In this document: in pieces, positions 51,407-61,360 of the stretch | Position numbering within the stretch: position 1 is the stretch's first letter | Layout: the number at the start of each line of letters is the position of its first letter | Source of the DNA: Candidatus Heimdallarchaeota archaeon | GTDB lineage: Archaea; Asgardarchaeota; Heimdallarchaeia; Heimdallarchaeales; Heimdallarchaeaceae | NCBI GenBank assembly: GCA_019057815.1 | Contig: JAHLWR010000002.1 | Span: 32,001-96,000, forward strand | DNA: 64,000 nt | Direction: 5' to 3' | Notes under the pieces: generated by a model | The model's database searches: none | Told to the model about the DNA's origin: nothing | What the model saw: the letters and a program-made list of their open reading frames with translations, nothing else | Program-made: the position numbers and the translations under genes

Positions 51407-51493
51407 AAAGTACTGCTCTACCTATTCACTTTTTTTATTTGAAATTTAATAAAAATGTAAGAGAATGATGTAAAAAAAGGAAGAAGAAAGAAG

Positions 51494-52549
51494 TTATCTC
51501 CTTTTTACTACAATAGCGACTAGTGCAACTAAGGTTATACCAGCGACTACTGCTACTACAATAATAACAGGATTTAAGCCCTGATCTATTCCCAGCGTTG
51601 GGTCGTGTACCATTTTCAGTCCATCACCATAATTAGGATAGGACAAGAATAGGTTTATGAAATCTTTTCCGAATTTCTTACCATTTCCAAAGTCTTCATC
51701 AAATCCATCATTGTTCATTGATGAAGTTACATTTACATCAGAAACTATATTGTCTTCAGAATCATAAATTTGAGCTGTAGGGACCCATGTAAAGTAGCTT
51801 GATCTTCCACCTGACTCATCGTAAAATTCTATACCATGTTTGTTCTCATTTTTAGTAGCATTTGCTGGTCTTTCGTAACCATCTTCAGTAACATTCACCC
51901 CATCACTTGCTTGTACCCTATGTTTGTAAGCCAGTTCATGAATCTTAACTGCAAAAACTAAACCTGTAGCTTCAGGACTAAAAGTCCAATTGTCAACAAT
52001 AATATCAAACTTAATCTCGGAAACAGACTTAATCTGATAGGTTGTTGTAATTATAGTATTTGTTTCGTTTATTTCTTCTGTAATCAAAACATCTTCTAGA
52101 TATACGTGGAAAACAAATGAAATTGTCGCTCCATTATCAAGAGTATCTGATGTTATTGTCCCTCTAACTTCATTTGTGAGTGTTTCTTTTGTAAGTGTCC
52201 AATCAAAAGATGAAGAGGCTAAATTGAAAGCTTTGCCACTTAATTCACCCATATTGTTTACCAATAGATCATCACCAAATAACTCAGCTATATGAGTAAA
52301 GGAAACATGAAAAACAGGCATCTTTTTCCCTTCAGAACTATTTACTAACCAGAACATCATATCGGGTTTTCCTTCATGTAATTTCATAGACAAAAAGTCG
52401 GTTTCAATAAAGGTTGACCCTTCTCTATCATTTACTCCTGGAGCGTTTTTCTTTGCTGAAACCAAGAATGATGTGGGTATGGAACTCATTATCAAAATGG
52501 TTAATACCCCAACCAGTAAAATTTTGTTTTTATTAAACATAAATACCAA
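51494..52549 (-). CDS. Secreted surface protein with C-terminal TM anchor
   Basis: Signal peptide; acidic beta-rich body with several N-x-S/T sequons; HDPTLG; TM helix followed by KRR. Confidence 0.8.
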   Translation of the reverse strand: MVFMFNKNKILLVGVLTILIMSSIPTSFLVSAKKNAPGVNDREGSTFIETDFLSMKLHEGKPDMMFWLVNSSEGKKMPVFHVSFTHIAELFGDDLLVNNMGELSGKAFNLASSSFDWTLTKETLTNEVRGTITSDTLDNGATISFVFHVYLEDVLITEEINETNTIITTTYQIKSVSEIKFDIIVDNWTFSPEATGLVFAVKIHELAYKHRVQASDGVNVTEDGYERPANATKNENKHGIEFYDESGGRSSYFTWVPTAQIYDSEDNIVSDVNVTSSMNNDGFDEDFGNGKKFGKDFINLFLSYPNYGDGLKMVHDPTLGIDQGLNPVIIVVAVVAGITLVALVAIVVKRR

Positions 52550-52803
52550 TTACTAATTAGCGTTTTTCTATATTAACACTTACATTTAAACAATTAAAGG
52601 TGCTATTTTCACACTGTTAGTCAAGTTCATCAAATCTTATCCAAAACCACTTGCAAAACAATGATTTATGAAAAGGAATATTTGATTTGCTATGAAATAA
52701 AAATAATTCTCCACAACAAAGATATTTATAGTAATTTACATATCAATTATATTAATGCTTATTCGGTAAACGAGAAAGCTCTAAAATAATAGGAGAAAAT
52801 GAA

Positions 52804-53697
52804 ATGAAATCGTTAAAATTTAACATGGTATCAATTATTGTTATTGGATTATTCCTAATCAACATATTTTCTGCGACGACACTTGTACAAGGACAGTTGG
52901 GAACATCATATCTAACCACGTTACAATCTGGCACATCATATGCATGGGAAGTAACAACATTGTCTACCTCTGGACCCTATCTGAGTCTGTCTTTCTTGGA
53001 TTTTGGAAATGATTCCTTAGAAAGTGGAGACATATTTTCAATTAATATTACTCAAAATATTAATGCCATAACTGATGGTGACCCATCTCAACTATTAAAC
53101 CAGTCAATAACTTGGTGTGACTTTTACTTAAATGGTGACTATAAGACAAATGCTACTGATGATGTTGAAATAATTACTTTCATCTGGTCTGGTCATTTCT
53201 TCCTTCAACCTACAAATTATGAAAATGTTACAGGGACATACAATAGTTTTCAACTGATGGAAAACACATACTTGCAAACTGCATATGAATTGAAGGATGA
53301 AGACATTTCGGTGAATTATTATGACTATACCCATTCAATTTATAAGCAATCTTCATCTCTAAATTCAAAAACATGGATCATTAAAATGGATTCAACTATC
53401 GACACAAAAGAAGATGATTTAACAGATCCATTAGATTGGGAAAAGAATGAAAGAACAATCACAACAACATCTGAAGCAAGATTTGATATAGAAACAGGAT
53501 TCTTATCCTATCTAGCTTACACCTACACATATTATGACAGAACAGAAATAGAAGGTTCTATAGACATAGATGAACGCTCTATTAACTTCATATTAGAAAG
53601 TATAACACTTGCTACCGATGCTCCATACAACTGGTCATTTTCAATAGTAAGTCTTCTGTTCATTGGTTTAGTAGTTATTTATAAAAGGAGAAAATAA
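52804..53697 (+). CDS. Secreted surface protein with C-terminal sorting-signal-like anchor
   Basis: Signal peptide; T/S/D-rich body; APYNWSFSIVSLLFIGLVVIYKRRK tail. Confidence 0.8.
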   Translation: MKSLKFNMVSIIVIGLFLINIFSATTLVQGQLGTSYLTTLQSGTSYAWEVTTLSTSGPYLSLSFLDFGNDSLESGDIFSINITQNINAITDGDPSQLLNQSITWCDFYLNGDYKTNATDDVEIITFIWSGHFFLQPTNYENVTGTYNSFQLMENTYLQTAYELKDEDISVNYYDYTHSIYKQSSSLNSKTWIIKMDSTIDTKEDDLTDPLDWEKNERTITTTSEARFDIETGFLSYLAYTYTYYDRTEIEGSIDIDERSINFILESITLATDAPYNWSFSIVSLLFIGLVVIYKRRK

Positions 53698-53769
53698 CTA
53701 CTTTCCTTCCCTTCCCTTTTTTTGTTATTAGTTTTTACAACTACTATTAACCTCTGCTTGAAAAGATAA

Positions 53770-54219
53770 CTATTGAGTGTTAGTAAAAAAGTATATCACA
53801 AAAGGTAGAAGGGTATGATGTAACCCCTTTCCATAGTTTGTAAGTGAATACTTAACTCGTACAGGGGAAGAAGAAGATTCCACTTGACGATAAACAATTT
53901 TACCTTCAACAAGTTCTTTTAATCGCTCTGAAAGTGTTTTTGACGTTATAGTTTTGAGGTGATTCTTGATTTCATTGAAGTACAAATGTTCATGAAAGGC
54001 TAAAGCATTTACAATTTCAAGAGTCCATTTTCTTTGAAGGAATTGGAAAATATTTTTCATTAACATCCTTTCAATTTTCTCGTGTTGAGGAATATCGTTG
54101 AAAATCGCACAATGGTTACTTATTCCTTTTTCTGCTGCGAATTGTATTTCTTCAAGTAATTCTAGAATGTCTTTCCAATTATTTCGAAAACGTTCAGGAT
54201 TGAAAAAATTATTTTCCAT
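53770..54219 (-). CDS. HxlR-family transcriptional regulator
   Basis: KWTLEI, FNEI, ITSKTLSERLKEL, PVRVKYSLT.YG. Confidence 0.9.
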   Translation of the reverse strand: MENNFFNPERFRNNWKDILELLEEIQFAAEKGISNHCAIFNDIPQHEKIERMLMKNIFQFLQRKWTLEIVNALAFHEHLYFNEIKNHLKTITSKTLSERLKELVEGKIVYRQVESSSSPVRVKYSLTNYGKGLHHTLLPFVIYFFTNTQ

Positions 54220-54237
54220 ACTACCACCTTATGATTT

Positions 54238-54263
54238 ACTAGGTTTCTGTCTAGAAACCTAGT
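54238..54263. promoter_or_regulatory. Perfect 11-bp inverted repeat, probable HxlR operator
   Basis: actaggtttct-gtct-agaaacctagt in the divergent promoter. Confidence 0.7.
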
Positions 54264-54325
54264 TTAATGGCTGAAACTGTCTATCTTAATAATACTAGTA
54301 TTTATATTAAAGTTAGTGATAAACT

Positions 54326-54997
54326 ATGATACCTGCTGAGGATTGGTGGAATGTACTAGCAAGTTATAATGAATCTATTATGCCCTTTCAATTTATTTTG
54401 GCAACTATTGGAATACTCATAACATTTTGGTTTATAATCAAACCGAATAAAAAAGCGAATATTTTGCTGAAACTATATTTCAGTGTTAGTTTCGCAGTGA
54501 TAGCTGTAGTGTTCTTTTTAATAAAAGGTCGAGAGCTACCAGCATATATAGCTCAAGCTATTTGCTTTGGAAGTTTGTCGGTTTTATTTGCATTAGACAT
54601 AAAGTTTGATAAGATGAAATTTAGAACCCCTGAAGGAAAAATTAGGTTGATTTTCATGTATACCTCTTTCCTTCTTGTTTTTCTTTACCCTGTTGTAGGT
54701 ATGCTGGCTGGACATGTTTATCCTCGTATGATCCTTTATGGAACATTTCCTTGTCCAACAACAGCTTTAGCGCTAGTCTATGCAACTGCAAGTATGCCAA
54801 AAATAGATTGGAAAAGCATGATTCTGTTACTTATTTGGGCAATACCTTTTCCCATTGCAATTCAACTGCCTAAATTTGGTGTTTATGAAGATAGTATAAT
54901 GCTCTTTATTGGATTAGTTTCCTTGATTACATGGATTTGGTGGTTAGTGAGAAAATATAGAAAAAATAATCTAGAAAAGAAAAGATTATTTTCTTGA
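54326..54997 (+). CDS. Conserved-looking membrane protein (DUF6064-like)
   Basis: WWNVLASYN...P.Q, LYP, FPCPTT, FGVYED; about 7 TM. Confidence 0.65.
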   Translation: MIPAEDWWNVLASYNESIMPFQFILATIGILITFWFIIKPNKKANILLKLYFSVSFAVIAVVFFLIKGRELPAYIAQAICFGSLSVLFALDIKFDKMKFRTPEGKIRLIFMYTSFLLVFLYPVVGMLAGHVYPRMILYGTFPCPTTALALVYATASMPKIDWKSMILLLIWAIPFPIAIQLPKFGVYEDSIMLFIGLVSLITWIWWLVRKYRKNNLEKKRLFS

Positions 54998-56263
54998 ATA
55001 TACAGATATATCAGCTATAGCCCCAGGTACCTCTTTTTCATGTTTTTCAGTCTCTTCAGTCTTTTCCTTTCTACCATATCTTTGACTATATCTATTTTGA
55101 CTTCTATCTTCATTTCTTTCTTGTTGAGAAAGATACATTTGTTCTATATCTCTATCCATAAAAAGTTCTATTTTACGGATTAATGGCATTTGGTCGCTTT
55201 CTACTAGCGAAATAGCTCGCCCTTTTCCTTCCATTCGACTTGTCCTACCGATTCTATGCACATATACTTCTGGATCCCCTTCTGGCAAATCATAATTGAA
55301 AATATGTGTTACATGAGGTATGTCTAATCCTCTTGCTGCCACATTTGTAGCTATTAAGCAATTTATCTTCTTGCCTCTAAAGTCCCTCATAACTATTTCT
55401 CTTTGTTTTTGTGTCATATCACCTTGTAATGTATCAATTCTTAACCTAATTCGTTTATCTTTTATAAGTCGCCTTTTTAGATTTGCTCCCCATCTCTTTG
55501 TATTAACGAATATTATGCAAGATGCTGGGTTTTCTTTGATAAGAATTTTAACAAATTTATTATACTTTTCTTTGGAGTTATCCACTTTATAGTAATATTG
55601 CTTGCAGCTTGTAACCGTAAGATTATCATGGCTAACGTTAATTTCCAATAATTCTTGACCCCAACTAAAATCAACTGCTATATCTTTAATTTCTTTAAGC
55701 ATTGTAGCAGAAAATAGTAGAAGCGTTGGAAAAATTTCTTTCATTGCTTTAAACAGGATAAACTCAACATCAGGAAGGAATCCCATATCCAACATCCTAT
55801 CTGCTTCATCTAAGACTACAATTTTCACATTATTAAAAGATAGGGCTCTTCTCTCGTATAAATCAATGAGTCGCCCAGGAGTGGCTATTACAATTTGAGC
55901 ACCAGAGCGAATTATGCTTATTTGCCTGTTAATAGAAACTCCACCATAAACTTCGACAGCTTTCAAGCGTCTATATCTAGTTAATTCGGAAATTACTCCA
56001 TAAACTTGTTTGCATAACTCTCTCGTAGGCACTAGAATAACTGATTGAACAGAACGTAAGGAAGGATCGAGTTTTTCAGCGATTGGAATAGAATAAGCTA
56101 AGGTTTTTCCAGTTCCAGTTCTAGCTTGAGCTAAAATGTGTGTTTTTTCTTTCTCAAGAATCTCTGGAATCGCTCGTTGCTGTATATCAGTAGGGGTATG
56201 CATCCCCATACCTTTTAAAGCATCCATAGTCTCGCTTGTTAAATTAAAATCTTCAAATTTCAT
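54986..56263 (-). CDS. DEAD-box RNA helicase
   Basis: PTDIQ, ARTGTGKT, PTREL, TPGR, DEAD, SAT, ARGLD, HRIGRTSR. Confidence 0.95.
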   Translation of the reverse strand: MKFEDFNLTSETMDALKGMGMHTPTDIQQRAIPEILEKEKTHILAQARTGTGKTLAYSIPIAEKLDPSLRSVQSVILVPTRELCKQVYGVISELTRYRRLKAVEVYGGVSINRQISIIRSGAQIVIATPGRLIDLYERRALSFNNVKIVVLDEADRMLDMGFLPDVEFILFKAMKEIFPTLLLFSATMLKEIKDIAVDFSWGQELLEINVSHDNLTVTSCKQYYYKVDNSKEKYNKFVKILIKENPASCIIFVNTKRWGANLKRRLIKDKRIRLRIDTLQGDMTQKQREIVMRDFRGKKINCLIATNVAARGLDIPHVTHIFNYDLPEGDPEVYVHRIGRTSRMEGKGRAISLVESDQMPLIRKIELFMDRDIEQMYLSQQERNEDRSQNRYSQRYGRKEKTEETEKHEKEVPGAIADISVYSRK

Positions 56264-56493
56264 TAATATCATCTATATTTAGTTTTACAGTAAAACCAGA
56301 CTTCATTTTTTCTAATATATGATTCTAAGCTTTTTGTATTAATATTTATCAATATGTTGAAAAAAACTAGGTCGCTTAAACGATTATCTCCTAATCTTCC
56401 TCAACTCTAAACCTTTTTAGTCCCGGTACTTTAAAAGACTTCATATTTAACACAAATTACTTTAATGGGCAACAGCAGTAAGATTGAGGACAA

Positions 56494-57183
56494 ATGAAAA
56501 AAATAGGCATAGTTGGCGGATTAAGTGCTGAATCAACTATTGAATATTATAAAATACTAATCAGAGAGTATAATAAACAAATGGGAGGAGCTTCATCTCC
56601 ATTATTAGTTATTGATAGCCTCAATCTTGAAATAGTCAGAAATTTGATGGTAAACAATAATTGGGATGAGGTTTACTCTACTATCCTCTCATCAGTGAGA
56701 AATCTTGAAAAAGCAGGGGCTGGCATAATAATTATTGCTACAAATACAATTCATAAAATATACGAACAACTATCCAATGTCATCAAAACCCCTATAATTA
56801 GCATCATGGATGCAACTGCAGAAACTATAAAGAAAAAAAAACTAAAAAAAATAGGATTATTAGGGACGATCTTTACTATGCAAGATGATTTTTATCCTCT
56901 AGCATTTGCTAAATATGACTTAGAAATCATACCCCCATCAGAAAAAGATCAAGAATATATTAACAAGGTTATCTGGGAAGAATTAACACACAACATCCTG
57001 AAGGAAGAATCAAGAACAAGGTTTCTAGAAGTGATTAAAAGATTACAAGCTAAAGGTGCAGAAGGAGTGATATTAGGTTGCACAGAGATTCCCTTACTCA
57101 TAAAACAAGAGGATTGTAATATTCCAGTCTTTGACACTACAACAATACACGCTTTAGCAGTTTTGAAGAAAGCAATAGAATAA
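56494..57183 (+). CDS. Aspartate/glutamate racemase family protein (YgeA-like)
   Basis: IGIVGGLS, IIATNTIH, GLLGT, ILGCTEI, DTT. Confidence 0.9.
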   Translation: MKKIGIVGGLSAESTIEYYKILIREYNKQMGGASSPLLVIDSLNLEIVRNLMVNNNWDEVYSTILSSVRNLEKAGAGIIIIATNTIHKIYEQLSNVIKTPIISIMDATAETIKKKKLKKIGLLGTIFTMQDDFYPLAFAKYDLEIIPPSEKDQEYINKVIWEELTHNILKEESRTRFLEVIKRLQAKGAEGVILGCTEIPLLIKQEDCNIPVFDTTTIHALAVLKKAIE

Positions 57184-57228
57184 GAAAAAGAGATTATTTA
57201 TTTGTCCATCTCACCCTTTATATCTTTC

Positions 57229-57642
57229 TCACTGCAAATCTTCTTCTTCCTCTACTTTCGTTTGAAGCTTGATGGTTTCTGCCAAACTATACATTCGATC
57301 CAAAATAGACTTTGCTCCAATCCCTTTTAGCATCAGAGCATATTTTTGGGTTAGAAAGAATCCTCTAAGCTTGAACCACGAAGTTGTAACCAACACAGGT
57401 ACAACGCTTTTTTTAAGGACACATTGATGCTTACCTTTTTTGAGCTTCTCAGCAAGTCCTATTTTTCCACATTTTAAACAGAACTTCCATTTTGCTGATC
57501 TCTTGTATAGTGAATTAAAAGTCTCCTTATAGGCTAAAAAGCCTTCTGTAAAAGTAACAGACCATAATCCCATAATATAGTTTTTTGCTATAAGTCTGAT
57601 TTTGGATTTATCTAAATCTGTTATATCTGGCAAAAAATTCAA
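57229..57642 (-). CDS. Hypothetical protein with CxxC...HxC putative zinc site
   Basis: FCLKCGK...HQC. Confidence 0.6.
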   Translation of the reverse strand: MNFLPDITDLDKSKIRLIAKNYIMGLWSVTFTEGFLAYKETFNSLYKRSAKWKFCLKCGKIGLAEKLKKGKHQCVLKKSVVPVLVTTSWFKLRGFFLTQKYALMLKGIGAKSILDRMYSLAETIKLQTKVEEEEDLQ

Positions 57643-57743
57643 CTCTAATACTTATCCACTTTTTTTGTGTCTTTAACACTTATTAATTTTATCTCACTTC
57701 GAAAAACATAACTGCTGTTTCTATGAAACGCATTTTTTGAAAT

Positions 57744-59471
57744 TCAACCTGTATATTTGTAAATTACTGCTCTTGTATCTATCTCATGGACAATACTGTA
57801 ATTATAAGGTATAAGAATATCGTTAATCTGTGTTGAATTCACATTATCAAGTGATGTTGAAACCACATAGTTATATATTTCATATTTAACAGAGATTAAT
57901 ACTCTTAAATTTACCCATTTTGTGTTTTGATGGACAAAAGGAACTGTTTCAAGTGAGATATTCTTGTGCAAATAGCTGTACATTTTGCCATGATACCAAG
58001 GCTCTAAAACAATGACACCTATAGAATCTTCTTGTTGTCCCACGTATGCTAAAGCTCGTGCTATTTCATCTCTTTCTTGCCAATAAGTGACTGATGCTGA
58101 GTAAATATTTGCTATTGAAGCAAGTAGGATTAATATTGTTATCAGTATGGTTGCAATATTCTCTTTTGTTATCTTTTCTTTAAATCGATTTTTTATTGTT
58201 TTATTCTCTTCTTTCAGTTTCAGTTTTTTAACTGTTTTGAATATTAACTTACTCAAGTATTCTACAATAATGACACTTATTATAGCTGTACAAATATGAA
58301 GGTAAATCGTCCCAAAATATACAAATCTGAATTCTTTATGTATTTGAAGAGAATAAAGAATATATATAAAAAGAGCAGCAAAAAGATAGGTTCCTGTAAT
58401 TTTTGTTTTGAGCCAATTTTTCCTTCCTTTAATTTTCTTTTTCTTCCAATCAACATAAGTTAAGAGTGCGAAACCAATACAACAGAATAGGTAGCCAATA
58501 ATTATTAGAAAACCTGAAACAGCTGTAAAATAGAAATAGAAAGGCGCAGTGCCGAAGTATTCAGCATGTCCTTCTATAATGTTAAATTTGAACCAATGAA
58601 TTGGAGAAACAAGAAATTCTTCATAGAATAATAAATCCACCATTCCTCCCAATAAGAAGGCACAGACAAAACCTAAGAATTGACTTAACAGAGCTTTCAA
58701 TCGCTTGTAGGGGAAATTGAATATTAGAAGTGCAACAAGTCCAATAATCAAATCCATACGTATATACAAGATTAGACCGATGAAGAAGCTGAGGAAGAAG
58801 ATTTTAAAATATTGTTTAAATTCAAAAGCTTTTTTGCATCTGATAAACAGAAATTTCGAATCGGTATTAAATGACGCTTTTTTGTTTGTTAATTTATCTA
58901 TAGTATTCCAATATAGATATATGCTGAAAAACACCCAAGGAACAAAAAAGAAGTTTGTTATACTTCGAAAAGATTCAAACATGATAAGAGGAGAGAAGGA
59001 TACTATAAATGTCGATAAAAAGGCGTACATTTTATTTCCACCTGTACTTTTTTTAACCAACAAATAAGTAGAAGGAGTTATTAAACATCCATTCAACGCC
59101 ATAAGAATTCGAATTACGGGTATTGTAAAGGTCCAATAATTCCAGTTAAACCATTTGCCAATTAACATAGGAAGTGTGAAAATAAAAGGAAATATAGGTG
59201 ATCTACTTTTAGCATAATTAGTGAACGAAGAATGTTCTAACCTATACTCAGGGGGAATGTGCCCATAACCATAAACCATATTATGAGCCATTTCTAAGCT
59301 TTGAAATACTTCATCTGAATAAACATGTCCCCAAGTATTTAGCGCAAAGTAGGACTGCAAAATGAGAGAGATAAGAGTAAGGAGGAGAAGAGCTATTACT
59401 TCTTTATTTCTGTAACAAAATTGCGTTATGTCCCTTTTCCTTATTTTTTTTACATTCTGTAGTAGATTCAT
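57744..59471 (-). CDS. GT22 (PIG-B/Alg9-like) membrane mannosyltransferase
   Basis: DEVFQSLEMAHNMVYGYG, RS, R.D, WFKFN...FGTAPFYFY, HKEFRF; about 11 TM. Confidence 0.8.
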   Translation of the reverse strand: MNLLQNVKKIRKRDITQFCYRNKEVIALLLLTLISLILQSYFALNTWGHVYSDEVFQSLEMAHNMVYGYGHIPPEYRLEHSSFTNYAKSRSPIFPFIFTLPMLIGKWFNWNYWTFTIPVIRILMALNGCLITPSTYLLVKKSTGGNKMYAFLSTFIVSFSPLIMFESFRSITNFFFVPWVFFSIYLYWNTIDKLTNKKASFNTDSKFLFIRCKKAFEFKQYFKIFFLSFFIGLILYIRMDLIIGLVALLIFNFPYKRLKALLSQFLGFVCAFLLGGMVDLLFYEEFLVSPIHWFKFNIIEGHAEYFGTAPFYFYFTAVSGFLIIIGYLFCCIGFALLTYVDWKKKKIKGRKNWLKTKITGTYLFAALFIYILYSLQIHKEFRFVYFGTIYLHICTAIISVIIVEYLSKLIFKTVKKLKLKEENKTIKNRFKEKITKENIATILITILILLASIANIYSASVTYWQERDEIARALAYVGQQEDSIGVIVLEPWYHGKMYSYLHKNISLETVPFVHQNTKWVNLRVLISVKYEIYNYVVSTSLDNVNSTQINDILIPYNYSIVHEIDTRAVIYKYTG

Positions 59472-59722
59472 TTCTAGCCTTCCAACTAGTAGAAATTGAT
59501 TCTTATTGATATACTAATTCTTGATTTGCGGTTTAAGCAGAAATTCTATCTTTAAAAAATTTCCTTAAAGAATAGACAATCCAACTCAATGAGAAGAATT
59601 TATTAACGGATAATATTTCAAAATTTGTAGTTTGAAAAAAGCTCGAAAAGGTAAAGTTCACACCTGAGCTTTCTAACTTGAGTTAATAGAAAAAAACATG
59701 CAAAAAGAAGAGGATAATTTCA

Positions 59723-61360
59723 TTGTCGAGCAACATCATTGTATCAGAAAAAATTGAACCTGCTCCAATTGATCAGATTCGATCTGTTAGAGGGGAAATG
59801 GAAATTTCAAGCTCATTCCAGAGTTACCTTATTGACGAATCGAAAATTAGTGGCGGTCACGCAGATTGGTTATTCTTTCCTAAAACCGAAAGTGATCTTG
59901 TCACTATTATTGATAAAATGGGAAGGGAAAACCATCAGATTACTATCTCTGCGGCCAGGACAGGTATAGTAGGAAGTGCAGTACCATTTGGGGGAGCAGC
60001 TGTTTCCTTGGAAAGAATGGATAAGATATTTGGGCTTGGATTTGATGAAGAAGTAGGAAAATGGTTTTTGAGGATACAACCTAGTTTATCATTAGATCAG
60101 ATTAATGAGATTGTAAAACTGAAGAAACTTGAAGACCATCATAGTATTCCACTAGAGAAAAACTGGGTTGAAAAATTCAAAGAAGACTGTACACATTATT
60201 ATCCAATGGATCCAACAGAAATGACTGCTTCGATAGGAGGTACAATTAGTGCAAATGCATCTGGTGCGCGTTCATTCAAATATGGTGCTACAAGAAATTG
60301 GATTAAACGTATAAGAGTCATTCTTGGAACGGGAGAAGTTTTAGTTATTCCAAGAGGGAAATATAGAGCTAAAGATGGCGAATTTGTAATTAAAACTGCA
60401 GGAAAAGAGTTAATAGTAAAAATACCAACGTATAAGATGCCAACAGCAAAAAACGCAGCAGGGTTATATGCCAAACCTGATATGGATTTGATCGATCTTT
60501 TTATTGGCTCTGAAGGTATTTTTGGGATAATAACTGAAGCTGATATCTGGTTGAAAGAATATACATCTCAAATGTCCTGTGTAGCATTTTTCAATGATGA
60601 GTTAGATTCTCTCAAATTCGTTGATTTCCTACGAAACAATAAAAAAGTAGATCCTGAATTTGTTGAAATCTTTGATTGTAACGCCTTGAATCTTCTAAGG
60701 AACAAACAAAAAGAAGACCCTAAGTTTGTAGATATGCCCGATATATCTGAGGAAGCAACCACAGCTATATCATTTGACTTATCATATTCAGAAGAAGACA
60801 TGATGGAAAAATTCAACATTTTATCAGAAATGCTTGAAAAATGCAATTCATCTCTTGAAAAGACTTGGTGTGGATATGAAGAAAGAGAACTAGAACGGTT
60901 CAAACATTTCAGACATGCTGTTCCAGAGATGGTAAATAATATCATTGCTGAACGAAAGAAAAAGTTTCCTGAAATTCATAAACTAGGTACGGATATGTCT
61001 GTAGAAGATCAACATTTAACCGATATTATGCATTTTTATCATAAAGCACTCAAAGAGGAGGGTCTAGAATATGTTATTTGGGGGCACATAGGTGATAATC
61101 ATGTCCACGTCAACATTTTACCAAAGAACATGGTAGAGTTGGAATTGGGTAAACAACTTTACAAGAAATTCGCTAAAAAAGCAGTTGAATACGGTGGATC
61201 CGTCTCAGCTGAGCATGGAATTGGGATAATCAAACACGAATATCTAGAAATAATGTATGGTGAGGTGGGTATTAATCAAATGCGAGCTGTAAAATGTAAA
61301 TTAGATCCCAACTGTATCATAAATTGTGACAAAATCTTTTCAAGGAGTAAATGTATATGA
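59723..61360 (+). CDS. FAD-binding oxidoreductase (LctD/GlcD-like), copy B
   Basis: Same motifs as 47709-49343; GAGGA SD; abuts etfB. Confidence 0.9.
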   Translation: MSSNIIVSEKIEPAPIDQIRSVRGEMEISSSFQSYLIDESKISGGHADWLFFPKTESDLVTIIDKMGRENHQITISAARTGIVGSAVPFGGAAVSLERMDKIFGLGFDEEVGKWFLRIQPSLSLDQINEIVKLKKLEDHHSIPLEKNWVEKFKEDCTHYYPMDPTEMTASIGGTISANASGARSFKYGATRNWIKRIRVILGTGEVLVIPRGKYRAKDGEFVIKTAGKELIVKIPTYKMPTAKNAAGLYAKPDMDLIDLFIGSEGIFGIITEADIWLKEYTSQMSCVAFFNDELDSLKFVDFLRNNKKVDPEFVEIFDCNALNLLRNKQKEDPKFVDMPDISEEATTAISFDLSYSEEDMMEKFNILSEMLEKCNSSLEKTWCGYEERELERFKHFRHAVPEMVNNIIAERKKKFPEIHKLGTDMSVEDQHLTDIMHFYHKALKEEGLEYVIWGHIGDNHVHVNILPKNMVELELGKQLYKKFAKKAVEYGGSVSAEHGIGIIKHEYLEIMYGEVGINQMRAVKCKLDPNCIINCDKIFSRSKCI

